From: a cyanobacterium endosymbiont of Epithemia turgida isolate EtSB Lake Yunoko
GTDB lineage: Bacteria; Cyanobacteriota; Cyanobacteriia; Cyanobacteriales; Microcystaceae
Reading direction: 5' to 3'
Assembly: GCF_000829235.1 (NCBI RefSeq)
Contig: NZ_AP012549.1
Location: 300,001-332,000, forward strand
Length of the DNA: 32,000 nucleotides
Part shown: positions 9,384 to 18,400 of the stretch, one piece after another
How the letters are laid out: every line of letters begins with the position of its first letter
How positions within the stretch are numbered: position 1 is the stretch's first letter
Translations under genes and position numbers: made by a program
Notes under the pieces: generated by a model
Seen by the model: the letters and a program-made list of their open reading frames with translations, nothing else
What the model was told of the DNA's origin: nothing
Databases searched by the model: none

Positions 9384-11048
9384 TTGTCTATCTTCTCGAA
9401 ATCACTGATAATTAGTAGTCAGTCTTTCATTAAAAGTCCCGTGTCTAACCAGAAAAAAGTCTCTCGTTCTCTATTCAGTATTGCAAGTATTGTTGCCCTA
9501 GCTACCTTTATTAGTAAAGTCTTTGGCTTAGTCCGAGAACAAGTGATTGCCGCAGCTTTTGGAGTAAGTTCGATAGTTAATGCCTATGCCTATGCCTACG
9601 TCATTCCAGGTTTTCTCTTAATCCTTTTAGGAGGGATTAATGGACCGTTTCATAGTGCCTTAGTTAGTATTCTTGCTAAACGGAACAAGTCTGAAGCTGC
9701 GTCCCTTGTGGAAACAGTAACTACCTTAGTAGGTATTATTTTGCTGATGACTACCATTATCTTGATTATCTTTGCGGGAACATTTATTGATATCCTAGCC
9801 CCAGGGTTAGAAGAACAAACTAGGGCGATTTCAGTTCAACAATTACGAGTTATGGCTCCTTTAGCCCTCTTGGCAGGACTTATCGGTATTGGTTTTGGCA
9901 CTCTTAATGCTGCCAATCACTATTGGCTACCCAGTATTAGTCCTTTGTTTTCAAGTTTAGCAATTGTGATCAGTGTAGAGATTTTTACTTGGTCAGTGGG
10001 GGCGCAAATAAACTCCTCCCAATATATTCAGCTAGGGGGAATGGTCTTGGCCGGAGGGACTCTTGTTGGTGGTATTTTACAATGGGTTGTTCAATTAATC
10101 ACCCAAAGTCATCTTGGGATGGGAAAATTACGCTTGCGTTTTGATTGGCGTACTCCAGGGGTGATGGATGTGATACGAGTTATAGGACCTGCTACCCTCT
10201 CATCAGGAATGTTGCATGTTAATGTTTATACTGATCTTTTTTTTGCGTCGTTTATTCAAAATGCAGCAGCTGCCATGCGATATGCTAATTTTGTTGCCCT
10301 AACACCTTTAGGAATCATTTCTAACATGATTTTAGTACCATTTTTACCTGTTTTTTCTCGTTTAACAACCCCAGAAAATTGGCCTGAATTAAAGGTAAGA
10401 ATCCGTCAGGGACTGTTATTGGCTGCTTTAACAATGCTTCCTTTAACAGCTATTTTTATTGCTATTGCTCCTTTAATTATTAAAGTTATTTACCAACGGG
10501 GAGCTTTCAAATCAACGGATGTAGATATTGTTGTTCCAGTTTTAATGGCCTATGGACTGGGAATGTTCTTCTACTTAGGTAGAGATATTTTAGTTAGGGT
10601 ATTTTATGCTTTAGGAGATGGAGAAACTCCTTTTAAGGTGAGTGTTTTTAACATTTTTCTCAACGGATTACTTGATTTTTTATTATATAAACCTTTTGCT
10701 ACTCCAGGGTTGGTGCTGGCTACCATTGGAGTAAATATTACATCCATGATGATATTTTTATGGATTTTAAATCGCCGTCTTCATGGTTTACCATTAAAAA
10801 AATGGGGACTTTCTTTATTGGGATTAACAGCAATTAGTTGTATGGCCGGAGCAGGAAGTTGGGCAATTAGTTTAGCTTGGGAACAACTATTAGGAAGTAA
10901 TAATCTATTGCTACAATTGTTACAATTAACTCTAGCGTTAGGGGTCGCTTTTGGTATCTTTGTTGTTCTGTCTATGCAATTAAGACTGCCTGAAGTTGAC
11001 ATCTTACTCTCTCGTATTCGTCATAAGTTTAATAGAGCTTATGAATAG
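9384..11048 (+). CDS. murJ: Lipid II flippase MurJ (MviN family)
   Basis: A polytopic membrane protein whose N-terminus RSLFSIASIVALATFISKVFGLVREQVIAAAFG matches the MurJ/MviN N-terminal signature. The track start at 9384 is TTG. An in-frame GTG at 9441 (codon 20) is an equally plausible true start. There is no in-frame ATG before about codon 120. Confidence 0.9.
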   Translation: MSIFSKSLIISSQSFIKSPVSNQKKVSRSLFSIASIVALATFISKVFGLVREQVIAAAFGVSSIVNAYAYAYVIPGFLLILLGGINGPFHSALVSILAKRNKSEAASLVETVTTLVGIILLMTTIILIIFAGTFIDILAPGLEEQTRAISVQQLRVMAPLALLAGLIGIGFGTLNAANHYWLPSISPLFSSLAIVISVEIFTWSVGAQINSSQYIQLGGMVLAGGTLVGGILQWVVQLITQSHLGMGKLRLRFDWRTPGVMDVIRVIGPATLSSGMLHVNVYTDLFFASFIQNAAAAMRYANFVALTPLGIISNMILVPFLPVFSRLTTPENWPELKVRIRQGLLLAALTMLPLTAIFIAIAPLIIKVIYQRGAFKSTDVDIVVPVLMAYGLGMFFYLGRDILVRVFYALGDGETPFKVSVFNIFLNGLLDFLLYKPFATPGLVLATIGVNITSMMIFLWILNRRLHGLPLKKWGLSLLGLTAISCMAGAGSWAISLAWEQLLGSNNLLLQLLQLTLALGVAFGIFVVLSMQLRLPEVDILLSRIRHKFNRAYE

Positions 11049-11153
11049 GCTAAGAAAGACCTAATACACTTAGTTTTTTCCACCTATCAAAAAAATTTAG
11101 GATAAGTTTTGAGAGATTAAACCAATACATCTCAGAAAGTTTTTGACAATCTG

Positions 11154-11223
11154 GGTGGGCTGATACTTTGTGAAACTTGTAATTACTCAGTTAATTACAA
11201 GTTTCACAAAGTATCAGCCCACC
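11154..11223. repeat. Perfect 32-bp-stem palindromic hairpin (6-nt loop ctcagt)
   Basis: GGTGGGCTGATACTTTGTGAAACTTGTAATTA (11154-11185) is the exact reverse complement of 11192-11223, checked base by base. It lies between the murJ stop (11048) and the stop of the convergent small ORF (11271). There is no U-tract on either side. Confidence 0.9.
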
Positions 11224-11270
11224 TAAATAATTGCTAAACCAAAAGAAGACTTAGTGTTCTACTCATCAGT

Positions 11271-11429
11271 TTACTCATCTTTATCTTGACTCTCGTTATT
11301 ATTGCTGTTCTGATTACCAGCATGATGTCTACCTCGAGACGAAAATCGAGAAGATTTATGACGAAACTGACGAGCATAAGCTTGATTCCGTTCAGCTTTC
11401 TCTTTTTTTAGATTACGACGCTTAGCCAC
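11271..11429 (-). CDS. Small basic protein, 52 aa, GTG start (not in the ORF track)
   Basis: Hand translation gives (V/M)AKRRNLKKEKAERNQAYARQFRHKSSRFSSRGRHHAGNQNSNNNESQDKDE, ending at TAA (complement 11271-11273). A GAGG Shine-Dalgarno-like motif lies 8 nt upstream of the GTG. An in-frame TAA lies 7 codons upstream, so GTG is the first canonical start. The K/R-rich N-terminus looks like a real small protein, but I cannot assign a family. Confidence 0.5.
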   Translation of the reverse strand: MAKRRNLKKEKAERNQAYARQFRHKSSRFSSRGRHHAGNQNSNNNESQDKDE

Positions 11430-11619
11430 TATGATTTCCTCAGTAATTTAGATAGAATGGCCATCAAAAAGCTACTCTAAAGATTAACTCTAGTTCACTT
11501 TGACCAAGTATTGATGGATTAAAGATAGAAAGTTTAGATCCGAATAGTTTCTGCGCCCTCCCCCGCAATATAAACTTTTGCTGTTTTTATTAGGTCTAGT
11601 TTTATTAACCTTAAGTTTT

Positions 11620-11673
11620 TACCTCATCCACTCAGCCCTTCCAGCTAAGTGGATGAGGTATTTTCTTTTTTTT
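11620..11673 (+). terminator. Rho-independent terminator with no annotated upstream gene on its strand
   Basis: A 13-bp perfect stem: tacctcatccact (11620-11632) pairs with agtggatgaggta (11648-11660) around a 15-nt loop. It is followed immediately by ttttctttttttt (11661-11673). The U-tract exists only on the + strand. Confidence 0.6.
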
Positions 11674-12401
11674 ACAATTAGCCATTTTAAAAAAGCTAAA
11701 CCCCTGCATTCTTTGAGTTTTACCCTAAGTAAACAACTCCTTTAGGTTTTTTTCAGTAATCTCTTTTTCAAAATTATTGCAGAATACTGACATAGGATGA
11801 TCTCTTTATTCAGATATTATGCAGAAATATCAAGACAAGACTCCGGGGAACAGCCTACCAATGATTAATCTGGAAAAAAGCTAACTAATAATAACAACAA
11901 AACTTAATTGCCTATCTTTATTTCCGTTGTCAGACTATATCCTAGCACTTTTGGCTAACTTAAAGCAAATTTTAAATATCTTCTTCCATGTCAATCGAAT
12001 TCTTATTATTTGATACAATGATTATTGCTGATACCATGACAAATATTTAAAAATAATCAGCAAAATTATTCTATATGAATAAAATTACCAACTATTTTAT
12101 AAGGGGTTTGTGTACAAATAAAAGTACGTCAATTTATTGCAGCCAATAACAGTTGCTTTAATAGTAGTAATATCTTGATTTTTAAGTTCATAAAATATCT
12201 CGTTTACTAACTAATAAATTCAGTATGATGGAGCTTTTTAAAAAATGAGAAGCACACCATTATAAATTAAGTACTTCTGAACTTTTTTCCCGCAGAGAAT
12301 TTTATCTTCCCATCAAGGTGGGATTTATGATAAAATAAATTCGGCTAGAAATATCTAAATAACATAACCCGGGATTAACAAAAATATAATACAAATGCCA
12401 A

Positions 12402-13280
12402 ATGCCAGAAAATAAATTGTCTCAAGAACAGTTAATTTTTTTATTAGAAACAACTACTCAACAACTAAATAGGGTTTTAGAAATACTCAAAAAGGCATCC
12501 CCTGATAAACTTCCGACTACAAACACTGTAGAAACTTTAGTAAAGACCACTCAAATGATTGTGGCAGATCTCGAACCTTCTTCATGTGAAGTTGTTCTCT
12601 CAACCTCACATGAAGAAATCACCGCAGAATGGGACAAATCAACTAGGTCTGAGTCCTCAAAACCATCATTAATTCCTGTTGTTGACTTTGAAAATTCTAT
12701 TGGATCTAAAACTTGGTGGGATAGTTTTTTCAGAGCATTTCGTTTGATTTTACCTTCTAGTTGGAACAAGAACCTATCCAATTGGTCAATTATCACGATT
12801 CTCGCCAGCATACTAATTGTGATCTTATTTATCTCAATTTTGCTATTTTATCGACTTTTAACCCCTATAGCTGAAGATCTTTCTGTACCCTCTCGACAAA
12901 AAGTTGTAGCCATCTCCTCTCCATTGAAATCGCTTAAAATACCTCAATCTATGAAAATATTGTCATCTTCTGAACCCAGATTGACTCCAGAACAAAATCT
13001 GATTGAGGCGATTCGGCATGACATCATTGATTTAACAAATCAGTATCCAGAAGAATTAATAGGTCTAATTGAAGCCAATTTCAAAGCAAGCTGTTTAATG
13101 ATAACTTTAGGGAAAGAATGGTATCAGTTAACACCAAAAAAACAAAATATATTAGCAAAAAATATATTTAGACATTCTCAATATTTAAATTTCCGCAAGC
13201 TAGAAATGATTGATTCTCAAGGCAATCTAATTGCATATAGTCCAGTAGTGGGAGATGAAATCGTTGTTTTTCGTCGATAA
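12402..13280 (+). CDS. Hypothetical single-pass membrane protein (conserved cyanobacterial type)
   Basis: 292 aa, ATG start, one clear TM helix (WSIITILASILIVILFISILLFY). The structured C-terminal region (LTPEQNLIEAIRHDIIDLTNQYPEELIGLIEANF...LEMIDSQGNLIAYSPVVGDEIVVFRR) has non-random composition. I recognise no named domain. Confidence 0.75.
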   Translation: MPENKLSQEQLIFLLETTTQQLNRVLEILKKASPDKLPTTNTVETLVKTTQMIVADLEPSSCEVVLSTSHEEITAEWDKSTRSESSKPSLIPVVDFENSIGSKTWWDSFFRAFRLILPSSWNKNLSNWSIITILASILIVILFISILLFYRLLTPIAEDLSVPSRQKVVAISSPLKSLKIPQSMKILSSSEPRLTPEQNLIEAIRHDIIDLTNQYPEELIGLIEANFKASCLMITLGKEWYQLTPKKQNILAKNIFRHSQYLNFRKLEMIDSQGNLIAYSPVVGDEIVVFRR

Positions 13281-13338
13281 ATTTGAATAATTAATTCAAA
13301 TGCTATAATTCAATTTATATTGAGGAATTTAAACACTG

Positions 13339-13596
13339 ATGGTAGATTCAATTTTGTATCAAGATGATGTTTTTATTGTTCTTGAAGCAGATCAATCAGA
13401 AAAAATTTTTACTTCCCTAGAGTTATTAGAAAAACTCAAGAAAATTTTATTAACTCGCCAAGATGATTTACCTAGAGATTTGAAGAAATTGACTTTAGTT
13501 GACGAACAAGCAGAGTTGTTGAAAAATAATTTTTGTGAACTTGATATAGGATCTGATACTTATTTGCAATGGTATGCAATTCGCTTAGAAAAATAA
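13339..13596 (+). CDS. Small conserved protein, possibly CRR7/DUF3571-like (NDH-1 related)
   Basis: 85 aa, ATG start. The pattern LYQDDVFIVLE....E.F.T..ELLEKLK.IL.....DLPRDL...........ELD.G...YLQWYAIRLEK resembles my memory of cyanobacterial CRR7-family proteins. The family assignment is from memory only and needs an HMM search. Confidence 0.55.
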   Translation: MVDSILYQDDVFIVLEADQSEKIFTSLELLEKLKKILLTRQDDLPRDLKKLTLVDEQAELLKNNFCELDIGSDTYLQWYAIRLEK

Positions 13597-13709
13597 TTAT
13601 GCTGATTACTGATTACTTTCTTCAGCCTTCAGCAAATTTATGATTAGGAAACAAAAATTCATCTAATCGAGTCCCAGAATTTTAGTCATCGTTAATTAAT
13701 AACGAATCA

Positions 13710-15107
13710 ATGCGTGCCTCTGGTAATTTTTTACTATTTACAGTTTTTTTCGCAATTTCCTTTGCAATTCCTCCTGTCATCACTTTTAATGGATGTTATG
13801 ACCTAGTTTGGTCCGCTGATATTAAATACTTTGGTGAAAATGGACAAAATGGTCAATCTGGACAAGCCGTTAAAAACACTAGAAATAGTGATGATTTAAC
13901 TCTATTTGCTGATGGTTCCCCTCTCACTTTAGACTTGGCTGGTCTTGATGGGGAAAAGGGAAAAGATGGTCAAGAAGGAAAAGCCGCTAACTGCAAATCC
14001 CAACCAGTTGATGTATCCTATAATCTTCAAGCACCTAGTGGTGGCAACGGTGGTAATGGTGGTAACGGAGGCGATGGTGGTAACGGAGGGTCTTTAAACA
14101 TCTACACCACTGATATCACTAATTTAAAGCAAATTTATGTTAATGCAGTAGGAGGTAAAGGAGGAGAACCTGGACTTGGTGGTAAAGGTGGTAAAGCTTG
14201 TCAGTGCAACAATTCCTATTGGAGTCTAGAAACTTGTACAGGAAACCCTGATAATTCTAATTATCGCTGTACAACCCGTGAGTTTAACTGTCAAGAGGGA
14301 AGACAGGGGTCTAATGGTATAAGTGGGCTTAGAGGACGCGATGGAATTTTAGGAAAGTTAACTTACATTAATCTTGATAAGCCTTTAGAACCAGATGAGC
14401 CTGCTGCAACTGTAACAATGGCTACACTAAAGAAAAAAGGTTATCTTCTCTCAAAGAATAAATGGGAAACTCGTAATGGCGCAATGGCTTTATTTTCTCC
14501 TGGTTCAATTATTGATGACCAATATTTAGCTCTTACTGAGCGAATAGAAAAGTCATTTTTATTGGTATGGAATGCTCCTCAACAGTTTTCTAAATTTGCT
14601 AATCAAAAAATAACTTTGGGATTAGAAAAAGACCAAAAAATTAAGGTTTATATTCCTGATGATCTTTGGATTGAAGCAACAACTCAACAACAGAATAAAC
14701 TAACTCAGTTTATTATCTATAATGCAATTAATGCTGAAGATACTACACAATTAGGGAGTGCAAAATTATCTGGTAGCAAAAGCAATCTTCAGGTAACTTT
14801 AATTGATAAAGGGCAACAATCTGATTTGATTGCTACTAAGTTTAAAATTATTTACAGAACGACTCGTTCTGATGCTCGTTTTCGCTCTGTTTCTGATTAT
14901 ATTACTCGATATGAAGGAGAAATTCCTGAAGAATTAGTAACTCTCGATAAAAATAAATTTACTATTAAAATTGGACAGCTACCTATTAAACCTAATGATT
15001 TTCAATTGGGGTTAGGAGTAGAAATTAAAATCTTCGCTCTTCGCTCTTTTGCGGGTTATTCTGCCAAGCAAGTCATTACAGTTAAAGATATACTCAGACC
15101 ATTTTAA
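13710..15107 (+). CDS. Secreted glycine- and cysteine-rich protein with short collagen-like G-x-y bursts; no recognisable C-terminal domain
   Basis: 465 aa with a hydrophobic N-terminal signal/anchor (FLLFTVFFAISFAIPPVI). There are five G-x-y runs: GENGQNGQSGQ, GLDGEKGKDGQEGK, GGNGGNGGNGGDGGNGG, GGKGGEPGLGGKGGK, GRQGSNGISGLRGRDGILGK. A Cys cluster follows (CQCNNSYWSLETCTG...YRCTTREFNC). The remaining roughly 250 aa have ordinary composition. Confidence 0.8.
   Translation: MRASGNFLLFTVFFAISFAIPPVITFNGCYDLVWSADIKYFGENGQNGQSGQAVKNTRNSDDLTLFADGSPLTLDLAGLDGEKGKDGQEGKAANCKSQPVDVSYNLQAPSGGNGGNGGNGGDGGNGGSLNIYTTDITNLKQIYVNAVGGKGGEPGLGGKGGKACQCNNSYWSLETCTGNPDNSNYRCTTREFNCQEGRQGSNGISGLRGRDGILGKLTYINLDKPLEPDEPAATVTMATLKKKGYLLSKNKWETRNGAMALFSPGSIIDDQYLALTERIEKSFLLVWNAPQQFSKFANQKITLGLEKDQKIKVYIPDDLWIEATTQQQNKLTQFIIYNAINAEDTTQLGSAKLSGSKSNLQVTLIDKGQQSDLIATKFKIIYRTTRSDARFRSVSDYITRYEGEIPEELVTLDKNKFTIKIGQLPIKPNDFQLGLGVEIKIFALRSFAGYSAKQVITVKDILRPF
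14040..14090 (+). repeat. Imperfect tandem 9-bp repeat (ggt ggt aay)x5-6 inside the Gly-rich CDS
   Basis: ggt ggc aac ggt ggt aat ggt ggt aac gga ggc gat ggt ggt aac gga ggg encodes GGNGGNGGNGGDGGNGG, in frame with the CDS starting at 13710. Confidence 0.8.
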
Positions 15108-15444
15108 TCAACAAAATTCAAAGAGAACTATTCCCTAATTATAATGAGAAGTCTTATCATTAAATATGAAAATAACAAGAGTAGAAGAAAAAAAATAGAA
15201 AATATTAACTTTAGAATGCTTTTGTCTTAATAAGATTACCATAAATATGTCACAAATGTAAAATTAAAGTGGTAATTAGCGAAAGATTTTAGATTAATAT
15301 TACAAGTATCTGTTTATTTTTAATTAATCTAATCGCTCATAATTTACTCCTTAATTTAGTAAAAACGACCCAAAAAAATCATTAATAACTAGAAAAATAA
15401 ACTATACTTTGTAGTATTTTAATTAGATAATTTTAAAAATATTT

Positions 15445-18400
15445 ATGCCTACTCTACATGGAAGTTGGATTAACGAACTAGATAAGAGTTTTTTGTTTAT
15501 TTGGGGAGAAACCTGGCGAAGTGATTATCTTAATAAATCTTTAAATAAATTAGTTAATTTACATTTTTTTCTTTTAAATAAATTAGAGTTAATTAATTTA
15601 TTTAAATCTAACAACCTAGAATTTTCTCCTCAAATAGAAGAAACATGGACTAGTAAAATTATTAATTTGCCTAGTACTAGAATTAAAAGCCAAAATATCG
15701 ATGTTCCTTGTTTATCTTCTCAATTAGAGTCAAGCGAATTTAACACTTCTAAAAATACTCTTTTCCTGAAAAGTTGGGAAATACAAGGTTTTTGTTTAAA
15801 AGACATAGAAGCTATTAACTTTTTTAGACAATTACCCTTAGGGTTTTCAGACAACTACGAAAATTATTTAGGTGAAGATTTAAGATTTTGGTCCCATATT
15901 TATCGATGGAGCCTCGATTTATTAGCCAGGGGAAAATTTTTGCCTGGACTTACTTATGTAAAGGAGGAAACTCTTCAAAGTCAGTGGTATTTAATCTTAG
16001 ATAGCACTATTGATCAAACTCGACTTTTTGAATTTAGTAACCTGATGCCAACTGGATGCTTAGCCTATTTTAAAGGGCTTGAATCTGAGGGAGACATCAA
16101 AGCAAATGCTTTAGAGTCTCAACAATTAATTTTAGATTTTCTTATAAATATTATTAATATTTATATACGTTCATTTTCCCAGTCTAGTCCTCTTCTCAAT
16201 CAGGATTTATTAGTTCAACGATGGTTGAAATCTTTAACTGAAATAAATCCTGATTTTACCGCTTCTACAAATAATATTAAAAGGCTAGAAAATGCTTTAT
16301 ATAATTGGAATTTATCTATTCAAGAATACTTAGTCACTCCAACTAATATAACCTTAGGAGTTAATCAATTTAGAGTATGTTTTTATCTAGAACCTCCTAG
16401 CTTAAAAGCTATCAATTTAGCTGATAATGACTGGAATCTAAAATATTACTTACAGGCCTTAGATGATAGAAAAGTTTTAGTAGATGCTCAAACTATTTGG
16501 GAACATCCTGTTGAACAATTATTATGGGGTAAGAGAACTATTGAAAAACCCCAAGAAACTTTATTAAAGGGATTGGGACTAGCCTCCCGTCTCTATTCTC
16601 CTATTGCAGAAAGTTTACAAGAAAGTCAACCTTGGTATTGTAAACTCAATTCCATTGAGGTCTATAACTTTATTAAATCGAGTGCAACAATCTTAGAAGA
16701 TAATGGACTGGGCATTATTTTACCTTCTAGTTTAGCCAGAGAAAAAGAAGAAAAAAAATTAGGAATTAGTATTGAGGCTGAAGTCAAATTTAAAAAAGGA
16801 GAACGTCTAAACCTACAAAGTTTACTGAACTACCAACTAAAATTAGTAATTGGTCAACAAATAATTTCCCAAAAAGAGTTTGAAAAATTGTTAGACAAGA
16901 AGTCTCCTTTGGTAGAAATAAATGGAGAATGGATAACCTTGCAACCCTCTGATATTCAAGCGGTAAAAACAATTTTTAATAATTCTTATAAGTCACTTGA
17001 ATTATCCATTGAAGATGCTTTGCGCCTCAGTATAGGGGATAGAAAAGTAATCTCTAAACTTCCTGTTATTAACTTTAAAACATCTGGAATTTTACAAAAA
17101 TTAATCAATAATTTTACAAATAATCAATCGATTAAAATACTCAATAATCCCCCGGAATTTAAGGGAGAATTACGTCCTTATCAAAAAAGGGGTGTTAGCT
17201 GGTTAAGCTTTCTTGAACAATGGGGATTAGGAGCTTGTTTGGCAGATGATATGGGACTAGGAAAAACACCTCAATTACTTGCCTTTTTGCTTCATTTAAA
17301 AGCACAGGAAATGTTGAAAAAACCAGTATTATTAGTTTGTCCTACCTCCGTATTAAATAACTGGGAGCGAGAAGTTAATAAATTTTCTCCTACCTTATCA
17401 ACTTTGATTCATCATGGAGAAAACCGAAAAAAAGAAAAGTTTTTTGCTAGGATAGTCAAAAGTAAACATTTAGTAATCACAAGTTATCCTCTCGTTTATC
17501 GAGATATTGAAACCTTAGAAAAAGTTGAGTGGAAAGGAGTAGTTTTAGACGAAGCTCAAAATATTAAAAATTCCCAAGCCAAACAGTCTCAGGCAGTTCG
17601 TAGATTCAAAACAGAGTTTCGAGTTGCTTTAACAGGAACGCCTGTGGAGAATCGCTTGTCAGAATTATGGTCAATTTTGGATTTTTTAAACCCAGGATTT
17701 TTAGGAAGCCAGCAATTTTTCCAGCGTCGTTTTGCTGACCCTATTGAAAAATATGGAGATCGAGAGTCTCTACAAATCTTACGGTCACTGGTACGTCCTT
17801 TTATTTTAAGACGCTTAAAAAGTGACCAAGATATCATACAGGATTTTCCGGAAAAACAAGAAATAAATGTATTTTGTGGTTTATCCCCTGAACAAGGTAG
17901 ATTATATCAAAAATTAGTAGATAATTCTCTTCATGAACTTAATAACAAAACCGGAATTCAACGTCAAGGAATAATTTTTTCATTATTAATAAAACTTAAG
18001 CAAATTTGTAATCATCCAGCACAATTTTTAAAAGAAAAACAACTGAAAATACCTGAGCGTTCTGGAAAGCTTATGAGGTTAGAAGGAATGTTAGAGGAAT
18101 TAATTGCAGAGGATAATCGCGTTTTAATTTTCACCCAATTTTCTGAATGGGGAAAATTATTACAACCTTACTTGCAAAAAAAATTTTCTCAAGATGTACT
18201 CTTTTTATACGGTGCAACTCGTCGAGAAAAACGACAAGAAATGATTGATCGCTTTCAAAATGATCCCAATGGACCTGCTATTTTTATTCTCTCCTTAAAA
18301 GCAGGGGGAACCGGATTAAATTTAACCCGTGCTAATCATGTTTTTCATATTGATCGTTGGTGGAATCCGGCAGTAGAAAACCAAGCAACAGATAGAGTAT

